This document shows, piece by piece, positions 1-13,558 of a DNA stretch of 64,000 bases. Positions within the stretch are counted from its first letter, which is position 1. Each line of letters opens with the position of its first letter. Position numbers and translations under genes: made by a program. Origin of the DNA: Bispira polyomma (taxonomy: Eukaryota); assembly GCA_965649765.1 (NCBI GenBank), contig OZ287756.1, positions 17,422,001 through 17,486,000 on the forward strand, read 5' to 3'. The notes under the pieces were generated by a model that had not been told where the DNA came from, did not search any database, and saw nothing but the letters and a program-made list of their open reading frames with translations.

Positions 1-91
1 AATGTGAATTTTATGTTACATATCAGCACAGATACAGCCATTTAATGAAGTCAATATTACAAGAACATGAATTGGCATATTCCGGGATGGA

Positions 92-322
92 ATTGAACTG
101 ATTTGGGTTTTACGTTAGGTTTCAACAGCTGTGGTCATATTGCAACGGCCTGGTTTAGTGGTGGGAAAAACCCGTGCTCAAGCACTGTGTAAAGCACCGA
201 CCTACGGCAAGTACTTGACAAACTTTCTCACATGAAGAAGGAATTTTTTAGATTCAAACCCCAGAGGTGAGGGGCCAGTGATTTCAAAGCAGACACTTAT
301 AACTAGTAGGTGACCTTGGCCC
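92..322 (-). mobile_element. tRNA-derived SINE (diverged member of the family at 6427/7936)
   Basis: Reverse complement shows a tRNA-like head and a tcacctctgg...gtgagaaag core. Flanked by the repeat ATATTCCGG (probable TSD). Confidence 0.65.
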
Positions 323-785
323 CTATATTCCGGATTGGAGGTTTGAAGGTTTAGTAGGGCTCTCCACCTCTTTTAACTGCACTTTTATCAACGACCAGTG
401 TTTGCAACTTTGAGTGCATGAATGAAACAGAGGGACAGTGGTACTATCATCAAAGTGATAGTGAGTGAAAGTGGGTGGAGCTTACCACACATCCGGGCCT
501 TACAAAATGGTCATATATAGAACGGAAAATATCGGAAAACGACTGCATCATGTCTCCTCACCCCCACCCCTCCCCTTCGGGTGATAATAAATGATAATGT
601 TGCATGCCTACATAAATCTTCATACCTAATATGAACTTTCTCTGAGAACTGGCCTGTAGGCCTCTCGGACACATAGCCACCCGAATGCCCATCTAGACAC
701 CCCAGGTGAAAACAATACCCCATAGTCTAAAGGCTGTGGGGCTAATAAAGTCTTATTTTGCATCACAAATAGCCATAGAATTTAC

Positions 786-3700
786 CTGTGTAAAAATCCA
801 CTCCCCACCTGCCCATTTCTTCCAAGTCTATCTCTAGTTGACCTGGGGTGTGAGCAGCGTCGACGAGAACCAGTTTGTTGTGCTGTTTGCACAGTTCGAC
901 CAGCTCTTTCACTGGGAACTTGATTGCAGTACTGCTAGATATATAGTCTGAAATGTCAAAATCTTTTCATGCAGTAATTGAGTTTGGTGATGTAGTATTC
1001 TGACTTTACATTCTGACATTGCTTTAAGTGCTTGTATGTTACTGGATGACCTAGGTAAGTCAACTTTCCAGACAAAACTTATCTGACTGGCTGTACATGT
1101 GCTGGGACAGTTAAAGCCCGCCCATTGTTTTACTACTAATAAATCTTTAAAGGTTTCTTTGCTTTGCAATATGTTCACAATGAACTGGTCCATTAAGTGT
1201 GTCATTTTGTTACTTCTCGGAGAGATATTAACCATTATATTCAGGATGGGCCTTAACTGTAAGCAGGCTTTCACTGTTACAGCTTGAGTATGGGGATATG
1301 TATGTCTACCTTCATACTCACCTATTACGACCAGCTTGATCTTAGGATTTGCCTCTATGAATTCTCTGTACTTGTCTACTACAAACTGAACACTAGGGAT
1401 TTCCAAGTCTAACGTCATAGTCAGCACCTCTCCACCTTTAAAAATAGAACTGGTTTATTGTAATAAAATAATTTAGGTAGTTGTCCAGGGGCTGTATTTA
1501 CACAAAAGGTCTTAGTCTTAACTTAGTCTTAAAATTTAAGTAAAAAACATTTAAGACTGCATACTCCTAAACTTAGTGTTGTGTGCAAAGATAGAACTGA
1601 GAAAAGACATTTTCCTATATGTCACTGTCATGGGACTAAGACGAAAATCTTAACTTTGATGGCCAAAATCAAAGACCAAAATCTTTAGCTTAAAACTAAG
1701 TTAAGAATAAGTTAAAACTAAGAGCTTTTCTGTATACGGCCCTAGTTTATTTATACTAGTTATTCAATGTATATAGTTTCCCTGCATTACGTGGAAATTT
1801 TAGTAGAACAGATTAATTGGTTAATTTAAACTTTTTGTGAGATCCACAAATTACTTGTCATTATTAGATATTAATTAGTTTTTAATCAAAATATCGATAC
1901 AATTTAAAATGATCACTAGAAAATTATTTTCACTATCACATCTCATTGTCTTTACTAGCTCAAATTTATCCTTAAAACGAAAACTTTTTATATATTAAGA
2001 TTAACTAAAAAAACTAATAATAATTTGTCCAACGTGAAATTCCAACACAGGAGAAAATCAAGCAAATGATACTGTTAATTATAAAGCCAAAACAGACATC
2101 CCGCGAGGCGGAGTCGAACCACCGACCTAAGGATCACCACAGTATAGCGTGCTACAGTCCTCCGCTCTACCAACTGAGCTATCGCGGGGTCGATAGTTAC
2201 ACATTATATTCATAGTTTTCCACACAGCCACTGTTTATTGATCGTTTTTCGTGATCTGGCCTATTGCGAGGTAAATGTGTGTACTGTGTATATATCTGCG
2301 TGTTGTGTGTGCCGTGAAAAGACAGTATTTCCTAATAAGGTAATATAGAGCACTGGTTATCAATTGGAACGTGGCTCAAATTGTCACCTACATACTGTTA
2401 TATGTTCCACATTGTCATGTGTATTTCATATGTATGTGTGTAATTACCTCTATATACATGTCCCTCTAATAAGTGAATGAAATAAAATGAATGTCGTAAT
2501 CATATATTGTTGTGTGTTTACTTTCATCTGTAGTTGTAAATAAATATCTCAGTGTTTTGTTTAGTGGTTATTGTGGGTGAACGACAACTTAAGATAAATC
2601 TAGCCCAGGAGATTAGCATTAATATTATAGACTGGGATAGGAAACATATTTGCTCCTAGATTTAAACCTCACTTTATGAATTCCATCGCTGGCTTATTAA
2701 GGCATTTGGTATCAAAGCAAATTGTCACCAATAGTTATACTGATATGGGTACAAAAACCTTAAACCAGTAGAAGTTTATGAGACTACCATAATATTTGTA
2801 CAGCGCTTTAATATAAACAAATTAACTAAAAGTTTGATAAAAATATGATGGAATATATCTGTGAGGAAATCATTTGTTTGTTTTAAAATGTAAATAAGGT
2901 TTCTGTGAACTGTGATATTTCTATTTATATATTTAAGCATAAAGTAATGATTTGTAGATGTACATTGATTTAGACTGTAACATCAAAAAAACAACCGATA
3001 ACCTGTACATTAAATGTAACAGAAGGCATGGCATTTATTTTTTTAGCATGTCATTATATAGCTGTGTTTCACTAGACTTTTAAAGTAATCTGGAATATTT
3101 ATATATTTTACTACAAATGTGTAAAGCGCTTATTAAAACTCAGTCTCAGTGATCACACAGCAATTTATTACACTGGGGTCGTATTTCACAGTCAAAATCA
3201 AAGACCAAAATGTTAAGATTTTGTCCCAGTGAGAGTAAGAACAGATATTTGCTTGGTGTTAACTTTGCACTTAACACTAAGACTAATAGTGGGCAGTGTT
3301 CAATATCAGAAATAAATGTTAGGCTTAAGACTTAGTTAAGAAATAAAAGGAAATAATAAGTGCTTGATATACTTTTTTGCTTATCTTCCATCAAGTTACC
3401 CTCGATTTTGTAATGATTTATAAATATAAATATGTATGTATACACAATTTTATGTATGATTTATTTGACTATAATACGTAATTAAATAAGAATAATGTGT
3501 GACCTCCACCCTCACTTTACCTGACTTTTCCATAGCTGCCGAACAGGCGTTTTTCACAGCTTGATAAGTGTAGGAATAGGCCATGATAGCCTCACCATGT
3601 TCAAAGGGCACAGACTTTACCACACAGTTAGCACCTAGAAAAAAGAACCATCATATTTTTGTTTATATCACAGATCTTCAACTTAAAATCATGCTTTGCC

Positions 3701-6700
3701 TCAAATACCACATACATGTGTATATAGATTTCCTTATTAAATTGAATCGCCTAGACATGTTACCGTTCATTTCAATATGCTTTAGCGAAAGTTTAAGTAT
3801 AAGACATTTGATAAATGCTTGCCCTCATAAGGATTATATAGATTCTTAGTGTCAGTTTAAGTCTTTTGATAAATATGGGCCGTGGTTTGGTGTTTAGATA
3901 TAGTTCATAGATTCCTTAATTTCTTAAAAGATCAGTTCTTAATTGCCGCAGAGTAGTTTTCTTTCTGAGAAGGAAATATATGCTGTTACTTATACGAGTA
4001 CTTAATGCATAACTAAATGTACACATACTGTGAATTTGTTCCAAATCAAATGATGCTTTCTGACTGATTTGAGTCTTAAGAAAAGGTAACTATGATTATA
4101 TATATATTTGTACCTGTAAACAGAGAGGTGGTTTCCCGAGCTTAATGAGTGAGGACAAATATGGAGGTTGGTGGAGTGTGATTGCTTTGACCACAAGAAA
4201 GTTATATTTAAAAATAATACTCTCTTTGACAGGTAGCCATCAGAGTTTGTTATGGTATGGTAAGATATGGCTAAATTTACTGAATTTACTAATACCTTAC
4301 TAATATTGTACAGGAAGGAATTGCAAGAGTTTAGTTGACTACTCACCATTGCATTTTCCATCTGTACCACAGGTTTAAAACTGAGATATATTCTGCGCAG
4401 ATTACATAGATGGTAATAACAGGCCAGGCAGACACTGGTTAGATGACTACTGTAAGAGTTGTCTTGGTCAAAACAAGGCTCTTTACTTTACATGCTGGGT
4501 GACATGTTGTTGTAAAGGAGACTGATCAGTAAAAATGGTTTTAAGCTGTCTCGATTAGCATGCTAAGTAAAAGTTGTGTGTCGTCAGCATACAGATGAGT
4601 GACATTAAACTGATAGATTATATTACAGAGAGGAATAGTGTATATGTGTGGGATACCATGATGGAGTGTGAAAACTTCTGAAAAACAATCAACAATATTT
4701 TTTTTTTTGCTTTCTACCATATAGCTTTTCTAACTTAGGATGGTACCATCAATGCCAAACCAATGAGTCACACATATAAAGAGGATAATGTGGTTGATAG
4801 CGTCAAAGGTAACAGACAGGTCAAACAGTGTGAGTGCTACAGCCTTGCCACTACTGGGTTGTCTCTGTTGAATGGAATGATCTGTATGCTGATTGATTTA
4901 TATTTGAGGTGCTTTCGTAGGCCATAAAATCATATAACTGCTTTGCCACAGCTTTCTTAATGAATTCCAAGATGATGTAGTTCAAGTTTGATACAGGTCT
5001 ATAATTTTTAAAAATGTTTCTGATGAGGTTGTTTTGTAGGGAAACATATGTGGTTTTGAAACAAGATTGAAAAATGCCTTCCTGGAGAGAGAAATTGATA
5101 ATACTGGTAATGGGTGTCATAAGGATGTCTATACATATGTTAACCAAAGATATTGGATGTGAATCCAAATTGCAGGGCTTATTTGGGAAGGTTTAAATAA
5201 TTTTGAGAACCCTAGAGATAATCCGGAAGGAGGTAGAAATGGTGCGTATAGTAGGTAGGTGTGGTGAGGTTTCGGAAGATGAAGACAAAGTGGCTCTAAG
5301 TTAGGTAATTTTAATCTGAGAAATATTTACCAAAAATGTTTGACATGTCTGACACTGTTTGGCAGTCAGGTAGAAAACATGTAGGGGATTTGTAATTAGG
5401 CATTAGGCACAGATACTAAATTTTTAAAGGGGCTAACTGTGTTAATCTTTATATTTCTTACCTGTGGTGGCATTTGGTACAAATACCAAATTCTTGACAT
5501 CAGATTTGAGGAATTGAGCAATGGCCTTTAAGTTCTCTTGTACCATTTCGGGTACCAGGCGTCTAAACCACTGGTCTGGGTGGTGTTCGGAGAGGTTCAG
5601 TAATCTGTAAAATAAGTAGCTTTATATGTATTTACAGTAGTTTTTGAATATTTGCTGCTGTATAATGTCACTCTTTTATTACTCTTTTATTACCTCCTGG
5701 AAAATAGCTTATGCTTCTTGACCTGAATTTATTTTATTGTTTATTTGTCACTAGAATGTTTACACAAACTACCTACTAGATGTACATCAGATTTATATTT
5801 AATTTGGTTGAGAGATAAACAAATGTGTCCCTTTGTTTGTTAGCAGGGTTACTGGAACTACAGCTAAAGCGATTTACTTGGAGCATGTATGTTTTAGCTT
5901 TCTAGCACAGTGGCTCCTTGGTGGAGGTATGCATTCTATTGAGTGCCTCTTTCTTGAATAAAGTCATTTTTTCAATATGATCTACAGGTACTGTATAAAT
6001 GACAATTGGAAGAGGACAAGAATAGAGAAAATTTCACATAAGTCACATATTTTAAAGAAATTGACCGGACTTTAAGTTTCACTTAGCTAAAAGATAAACA
6101 CAAAATTAAATTTTCACTGGGAATTAATTTTCATTGTCACAGCTCATTACCGAAACTAAACATAGCAAAAATTCATCTATGGTAGAAATGTCTACTGATA
6201 AAGCATACCTTGATTGAGGACAGAAGTTCTTTGCAAAGAAAGACTTCACTAAGAATGATTTATTTTTGTTGGTAATCCAAAACCTACACACATTGGACCG
6301 TTTGAATTCTGCATATAGATTAGGATAGTTTTCGCTGTTTGAAAATAGAGTATACAGTTATTAAAGACTTGCTCACAAGTTTTTTGTATTTTATCTATGT
6401 CCACCACGTGTCATAGGGTTCAGAAGGGGCCGCAGTGGCCTAGTGGTTAGCAAGCATTGCGCTTCACAATCACTGGTCTCTCACCTCTGGACGGCGTGAG
6501 TTCGAATCCCGTCGATGCCATGTGGGAAAGGTGGTAGTTCCTTACTGTGGGCCGCTGGTTTCTCTGCAGAACCTTGACCAACTGTATGCAGTGGTTCCTC
6601 CAGCGTTTCCAACTACACGTCCCAATATAACCTACTAAAAAGTACTAAGGTGGACGTTAAATATCCAAATTCAAATTCAAACATAGGGTTCAGAAGAGCC

Positions 6701-7316
6701 TAATGAAAGGCTAGTAGGTAGGCTAGTAGATTGTTTGGGTAAAGCTGTCAACACCTTGGAAGATTAATAGATAATAATAATAATGTGTATGGGGTCAAAG
6801 GGTCCTGAGACCTAGTTATAAAATATGTAGGAAAAGCTACCCAGTTCTAAAGAAGTAGTCATTGTGAACAGTACTACAATATATTATAGAAGTTGAAATA
6901 AATTAAAAAGAACTCTCTTGTGTTATATTAATTAATTCAAAACTACAAACATGTATGAAGATAGTACCAATAAAGATATTAACATTCACCTATGTGAATA
7001 GGGCATGTGTTGTCTGTGGTAATACGAAAGGAGTGTCTATATAAAAAGTCATACTGCCCTAATAAAATGCTTGAGACAAAGGGACTTGAAGAAAGTGATA
7101 CATTATTGAGTTCCAGAAGACAGTAAATACTTTTACAGTGGGAAATATATAGCAATTTTCACTATCACTTACTTTTATGGAAATAAAATGACTTCTGTAC
7201 CTGATATGTTCCTGGTGGACTTTTGCTGCCACACTTCCATAGGAGCCATGGTTCATGAACACGTGATCTCTGTCAAAGACAAACTCCTCTACCAAGTGAT
7301 GTCCAAACGATGCCAT
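786..7316 (-). CDS. PLP-dependent aminotransferase class V / C-S lyase (L-cysteine desulfhydrase / hercynylcysteine sulfoxide lyase Egt2 / isopenicillin N epimerase-like); 5 coding exons visible, 3' part beyond the left edge
   Basis: GT-AG exons 7316-7201, 5604-5462, 3634-3521, 1435-1322 and 947-786 splice in frame. They give MASFGHHLVEEFVFDRDHVFMNHGSYGSV...HPDQWFRR...LVFVPNATTG...YTYQAVKNA...KLVVIDYISSSTAIKFPVKELVELCKQHNKLVLVDAAHTPGQLEIDLEEMGRWGVDFYTG. The motifs NHGSYG, VPNATTG and DAAHxPGQ fit the family. The catalytic HKW exon was not found in 1-785. Confidence 0.9.
1488..1742. mobile_element. MITE / non-autonomous DNA transposon
   Basis: Imperfect terminal inverted repeats: GGGCTGTAT..CAAAAGGTCTTAGTCTTAACTTA versus TAAGTTAAAACTAAGAGCTTTTCTGTATACGGCCC. 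A related partial copy lies near 3175-3340. Confidence 0.65.
2099..2188 (-). tRNA. tRNA-Tyr(GTA) with 17-nt intron (2135-2151)
   Basis: Reverse complement reads CCCGCGATAGCTCAGTTGGTAGAGCGGAGGACTGTAG-[cacgctatactgtggtg]-ATCCTTAGGTCGGTGGTTCGACTCCGCCTCGCGGGA. 7-bp acceptor stem, A and B boxes, intron at the canonical 37/38 position, T-run terminator downstream. Confidence 0.95.
4380..5400 (-). pseudogene. Degenerate L2/CR1-group LINE reverse transcriptase fragment
   Basis: ORF 4851-5168 has NYRPVSNL and QSAYRSFHSTET. YADDTQL lies near 4575-4595 on the minus strand. Many frameshifts. Confidence 0.8.
6427..6681 (+). mobile_element. tRNA-derived SINE, full length with 15-bp TSD
   Basis: A box TGGCCTAGTGG, B box GTTCGAATCC and a (CAAATT)n tail. 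CATAGGGTTCAGAAG is duplicated at 6412-6426 and 6682-6696. Near-identical copy at 7936. Confidence 0.9.
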
Positions 7317-7935
7317 CTGCGTGAAACATGTAAACGAGTAAACATTTGGTGTCATTTAATTCCTTTAAAAATTACATTACTAGTGTCAAACTAGGACAAA
7401 TTAGGATACACTCAGATTTTTTGTTTTACCACACTACCACATTTTGATCCAACAAGACAAAGCATGAGTAATTCTAACTTTCTATTTCATGGTAAACATG
7501 GTTTGTAAATATTTGACACCTTATGAATCTGAACAAAAAAAAATTTAAAAAAATCCTAACCTTAAGACTAAAAATCTGAGCAAAATGCCAAAAACACTTT
7601 TTAATATGCATGTGGTAAGGTATATGTATGCAAAATTAGTGGTTCTAGAGAGGAAAATTATCAAAGAAAATGCTGTTTGTAGATCCGTAGATGTGCTTTT
7701 GTATCGGATCTAGAAGCCATGAACAGTTTTTCATCCTCGGGCCCCAATTGGAAATTCTGTAGAACGTGCAGTTTCAGAGAATAAGATGACTTTGTAAATT
7801 GTTGACATGGAGGCTTATGCGTAAGTATACTCATACCCAGACCCATGGGAGCAACTTTGTCAATTTAAATATGTGCATTGTTCCATGAATGTTATGTTCT
7901 AGTATTAAGAGTTTATATGTACAAAACGAGTTTGT

Positions 7936-8200
7936 GGGCCGCGGTGGCCTAGTGATTAGCAAGCATTGCGCTTCACAATCACTGGTCTCTCACCTCTGGG
8001 TGGCGTGAGTTCGAATCCTGTCGATGCCTTTATGGGAAAGGTGGAAGTTCCTTACTGTGGGCCGCTGGTTTCAGTGCAGAACCTTGATCAACTGTATGCA
8101 GTGTTTCCTCCAGCCTTTCTAACTACCCGTCCTAATATACAATAAACAGGTACTAGAGTGGACGTTAAATATACAAATAAAAAAAGCAAACAAAAAAACT
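7936..8200 (+). mobile_element. tRNA-derived SINE, same family as 6427
   Basis: Collinear with 6427-6681, A-rich tail, GAGTTTGT duplicated at 7928-7935 and 8201-8208. Confidence 0.88.
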
Positions 8201-8976
8201 GAGTTTGTATGGTACATGGTTATTAAAACTTGATGTAAAGTATACAATAAAACTATTATTGATTTTGATCTAGTATTCACATGTATATACATGTACATGT
8301 GATGTTAAATCAATGTTTAATCTCAAAAGCCTCATTTATTTGTTTGTGTACTGGTGATATCACATTGTTATACACTGTTATTGTTTTTATTACATTGTGA
8401 TGCTGTCATTTATGTAGGTAGCATTTAAATTAAATAAATCCTCTCTCTCTTTCTCTCTAAATATATATACATACATATAATACAAGGGATAATCGAATCG
8501 CCATGACATTGGGTTTCTAATTTGTATCTATATGCTTTGCAACTTAATTTTTTAACCTTCGCACAGTGACTGCTTACTCTGGGCCACATTGTTTCAAATA
8601 ACTGAAATGAGAGACTTAATTTGTTGCAAGAGATGGTTAGAGTTTCTAGGGATAGGGTTGTCCATGGGCCGTATTGATCAAATACCTTAAACTTAAACTC
8701 CCAATAATCTCAGGTGATGGATATTTATGCACAAGAAAGATGTTTATCTAAAATCTGACTTTACATATTTGAGTTTTGTCAATAAAAGCTCTATTTAAAC
8801 AATTGGTAACATGTGTAGGTTTGTTCACCTTAATACGAGTATTTCTAATAATGTGGCAGCTTCTGATCTCTGTGGCTGGTTTCTCAACAAAACAACAACT
8901 CAGGCTCAACTAGACTTAAGCTCAAAGATAAAATCCACACTTTTTTCTCTGGCTAGAGTTGGGTTAAGTAACATTG

Positions 8977-9175
8977 GACTGCATATTTGAATTCAGCGCT
9001 AAAATTTTACTAAAATGAATGGTAACAAGAAAAGGTTATTTCTGACTGCATATTTGAATTCAGCGCTGAAAGCTCTATTAAAATAAATAGTTACCAGTAC
9101 AGGTTATTTCTGACTGCATATTTGAATTCTGCACTGAAAGCTCTATTAAAATAAATGGTCACAAGTTCAGGTTTA
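8977..9175. repeat. ~67-bp tandem repeat x3
   Basis: Unit GACTGCATATTTGAATTCAGCGCT...AGGTTATTTCT at about 8977, 9044 and 9112. Confidence 0.8.
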
Positions 9176-12100
9176 TTCCATGTACAAGGGACTTCCACAC
9201 AGGCCTTCATTTGAGTCAGAGTTTGAGCTTGAGTTTCTTAGAAGAACATGGGTTCAGACAAAATATGACCTCAGGCTAATTATGCTGATTTGAGCTCTTA
9301 GCCTTACTTTCGGCTCGGGTGTTTGAGGTTATACCATAATTTAATGCCAATTTGTGTATGTTGAGTATGCATGAGTATGTTCAACAGTATGTCTCTAAAC
9401 ATAGTGAGATTTAAACATTTGGATTTTGATTATTTACATAGTTAGTCTACCATATTGGACTTGACCAGTGTACAGTGACCTTGGAAAAAACAAATTAGTA
9501 CTATAAATGAGGTCTTAAATGTCGTACTAATAAAAGCCTACATCAAAAGCAATCTGTCTCTTCACAGATGAAATGTCGAGGGACCCCATGTAGAACCATA
9601 TCTGGCCTGTATTGAGGTGATCTTACTCATATACATACAAGTCTACCATGTTAAGTTACAACTTACCTAATCTAAAAGAAACTCTGTAAATAATGTCACT
9701 GCATGACAAAAATACTGTATAATTATTATCAAGCCAAATATTAACGTGTTTGATTGAATACATGCAATATATAAAACAAGTTTTTAAATCAGCAGCAACG
9801 GTAATTTAGTTTTAGGCTGATTCTTAGGTTTTTAAAACATATAGCATATGTTTTGCAGATGTGTACATGCTGGTAAATTATTTTACAATTTATCTGATAA
9901 TGAAAAGCTTGGCTGGTGGAATATTATCTCGTGTAGTTCCAGAATGAGGTGATTTATGTGAGTTAGAAATCCCATACTGGAACGTTTACGACTCCTTGGC
10001 AATAACTTAGGTGTGAAACATATGGGGGAGGTTTGTGATTTAATAGCCTGTTTTTAAACATGAATCAAGGTCATCTGTTCACTTATCAAATACAAATGTT
10101 TCACGCCTGATGCCCCGTTCACATATTGGCGGTATGGGAGGCGGTACCGGGCGGAATCAGAAGGCATTGTAAACATATTATCTGATCCTATATAGTAAAG
10201 TCGGATGAGACCTCAACAGGGGTGATATCAGATTTAAAAACATGAAAAGAATATAACATGAAAGAGGAACACAAAACAGCAACAACATAAACTATAATAG
10301 TCTCTGTTAATTCAAATACAAGCTTTGTTTTGTCTCAAAATTAATGTTCAAATAATTGTTTTAATTAACCTTCCTCTCTTCATATATAAAACAATTTACG
10401 TGCCAGATTTACTAGGGATGTGTGTGTGTTTTGTGTGTGTGTGGGTGTATTTATAGAGTTTTTGTACATTTGGATTATTTCCATTGGAATTTTGTCCTAT
10501 TTTCGGAACTATATATTTAATAAAACAAAACAAGCAGCCTTTTACAGTAAACAATGTAGAACACGTGAGATTCGAGTTTGTTAATGTGTACTTAATATTA
10601 TGTATTGAAGGCATTTTAGCAACAATAACCAACAAGTACTTGAATCTCAGTATTGATCTCCACTTTCTTCTTCTGTATTTGTTATCTTTAATACTAGATT
10701 TAGGACAATGTGTACACTATAGTAGCCCTTTTTGTAAATACTGTCATTGACTTATTGTATAAATAATGCCACTTTTCTCTAATTTATTACATTATATAGT
10801 CCTTAAGTTATTGTAAAAAAAAAAAACATATGGAGAAAAACAGCAGGTGTTTTTAACAACAAAGTGAAAAGAAACAAGCACTATTTTTTCTCTGTATATG
10901 TTTATTGAGCATCACTTTTATCTGTATATATCAGGCCTTTACTGTATATATTAACCGAGCTTCACTAATTTAATTTTAAATAAATTTTACTCTTTAAAAA
11001 TATTTATATTCTTTTTTAAACTGACAGAAAATAATAGATATTCTTAAGCCTTAATTATACATATTAGTACTTTTTTTATAACTTTAATTAAATATAAATA
11101 AAATTTTACTCCTCAAAAAAATTTTTTTTTTAAATTACAGTAAAAACACATTATTCTTTACACAAAGTAAGTTCTATAAAACAAGCATTTGTGAGTGTTG
11201 TGTGAGCACAAATTGTGATTGTGTGAGAAGACATTTTTTTTTTTTTTTTTTGTATTTGTAGCTATATATAGAGGTCAGCCTTTTTTGTGTAAAAATACAA
11301 TACCTACTGCACTTTCATTTTATTATTATATAAAACAGTGCAGTTGGTTTCTATCACTGTATTGTATTGCAAAGTAAAATATATACAATGTATGCATACT
11401 TACTTTTTGTGTTCCCTGTGCACCAATCTATTTATATTCCCTTGTTTTTATAACAACAACAAATGTATAACTTGCCAGTAGTAAACCTCAATATATACTG
11501 TATAATGGGTACATGCTTAAATAAATACACACACACATTGTGATGTCCCTGGGATAAAAAAAGAGAAGCTGTCTGTCTTATTCCCAGTTAGATGAACTTC
11601 AACACCTTGTGTGAATAGCCCTCCTGGTGGCTGTAAATGGGACTTATCGACTGGTGTAGTACATATACAAACTCTTCTAAAGGAAAAGGATTGTTCCTTT
11701 TCTCTAGAGTATCAAGTATCGTATGTTTATGTTACATAAGAAATCTAGCCTTACTAACGGCTCAGGGTTTTTGTCAGATTGGAACTGAGATTTAATAGAG
11801 ATGTATCAATTAAATTATTATTATTAAAATTATTACCGTATTTATTTAACACATTACGTTGGTAGCATTAAATACCTGGCCACTAATGGGTGTTAGTCTT
11901 TGTCCGCCGTATGTGGCAGCATGGCTAGTATGTTTCCCAGTTTTAGATTAGGTAGTTGTTGTCGTTATTGCAGCATTGGAGCACAAACTTGTCAAATTTC
12001 ATAAAGATGGCATAATGTACTTATATATTACCAGGATTCAGAAGTAGGGAGTTTTTGAGTCTTTTTTCTGGTCAGGAATAATCCTCTCAAACTATTAGTC

Positions 12101-12350
12101 TGCTATGCCGAATTTTACCTCATTGTTACATCAGAGCTTATAGGAGATAGCTTATGCTCAGAGTACTTCAGTTGTGAAACTGCTTTCATACGCTACACTA
12201 GAGTATTCTGCCACCAATGAAGGCTTTTTAAACTGATGTATAGCCGATTGGTAACAGAGCGGCTACCGTAGGCAAAATGTTGAAAATCCAAAATCGTCAT
12301 AAATAGAGATAGAATCTGGTCTGATGGCCACCTCAAATGGCAGTCCTCTG

Positions 12351-12498
12351 TGGTACCTATTTATTTACCTGGGTGCAGAGGGACAACGTTGTGTAAAGTA
12401 CCTTGTCCAAGAGTACAAACACTAGGCCAGCAGCGAGGATCGAACCTGGACCCTCAGATCCAAAGTCAGACACTCTAACCACTAGGTGACCAAAGCTC
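12351..12498 (-). mobile_element. tRNA-derived CORE-type SINE fragment
   Basis: Reverse complement has TAGTGGTTAGAGTG...GGTTCGATCC followed by CTTGGACAAGGTACTTTAC...CACCCAGGTAAATAAATAGGTACC, resembling the CORE domain. Confidence 0.65.
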
Positions 12499-12838
12499 AA
12501 ATATATTTAATTGCTTCTTATGTCAGAGGCATGTGTCCCTGGCCAGGTCTTATAGCTGTGACAGAGTAGGGAAGCTTTCCTTGTGACAAAGAAATTTAAT
12601 AAACAGCTTAGATACTGTGTAAATAAGCCTTCAGTTTCCCCCATAAAATTCAAATTCTCCACTTTCTCCTTCCGCTTTTTTCATCAGTCACATGGTACAA
12701 ACTCATCAGAGATGTCTCAGAATGTAAACAAACAACTAGGGATCTGTACTCTGTACTGTATGTGTATGCATTCTTGTTTTATTTTGGCAGTGTGTGTGCA
12801 GGTTGATAATTAAAAATAAAATATATAGATAATAAAAA

Positions 12839-13159
12839 ATGGTTCACTGTGTTGCATTTGGTTGTAAAAATAGAAATAATAACCAAAAACCTGGTCAAAA
12901 AGTGCATTTATGCGCTTTTGCAAGGGATGAAGCTGTGAAAGTGATTTGGATTAAATGTTTAAAGAGAGAAAAGTATCAATGGAAAGTAGGGCACAGATTA
13001 TGTTCTGATCACTTTGACAGGAGTCAGTCTGAAGTTAATTCTATAAGAATGGCTGAGTTGGGATATCCAAATGCTAGAGCCAAGCTTAAACCTGAAGCAT
13101 TTCCATCATTCACTTATAAAACTGTCAGCAAAAAAACTCTCAGTATTTTAATAAAATAA
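12839..13159 (+). CDS. THAP zinc-finger domain ORF (probably a DNA-transposon relic)
   Basis: MVHCVAFGC...W...LCSDHF...LKPEAFPS matches the C2CH THAP signature and AVPT-like box. No downstream transposase ORF is visible. Confidence 0.8.
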   Translation: MVHCVAFGCKNRNNNQKPGQKVHLCAFARDEAVKVIWIKCLKREKYQWKVGHRLCSDHFDRSQSEVNSIRMAELGYPNARAKLKPEAFPSFTYKTVSKKTLSILIK

Positions 13160-13353
13160 TGGAATTAGAAAACTTATAGTTTCTCAGTGAATACATCTCA
13201 CAGCAGCAAACACCCCAACAAACCCCAACACAACAATATATACGTATTAAATTAGAAGGAATGTTCATGTTTAGGCATATTTATTGTTATATTAATTGCC
13301 ATGGGGCAAAATTGATAAAGTATTGTCTTATTTTTCTCTTATATCTTCTAAAT

Positions 13354-13558
13354 TGATTGATTGGGGTTTAACGATGCTTTCAGCACATTGTATAGGTAAT
13401 ATCAGTTCATACTAGTTGGTTGGTAAGCATTTTACACTTTAAACCACTTGGCATAAGCAAGTAACTGCCAACATTCCCACATAAAGTCACGGCCGAGATA
13501 CAAACCCATGACCTTGGAGGTGGGAGGTGAGTGTGTTAACCACAATGCCAACGAGCCT
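13354..13558 (-). mobile_element. tRNA-derived SINE (diverged)
   Basis: Reverse complement has a tRNA head with cactcacctcccacctcc and a gtgggaatgttggcagttac core also seen at ~31610. Confidence 0.6.

Noticed and set aside
909-1427. 172-aa track ORF as a standalone gene
   Set aside because: Only 1322-1435 is exon; the rest is intron read-through of the lyase gene.
6427-6520. tRNA genes at 6427, 7936, 12420 and 31540
   Set aside because: No closed cloverleaf; they continue into shared SINE bodies with tails and TSDs.
8977-9175. CRISPR-like array
   Set aside because: Eukaryotic context, whole units repeat with no unique spacers, no cas genes.
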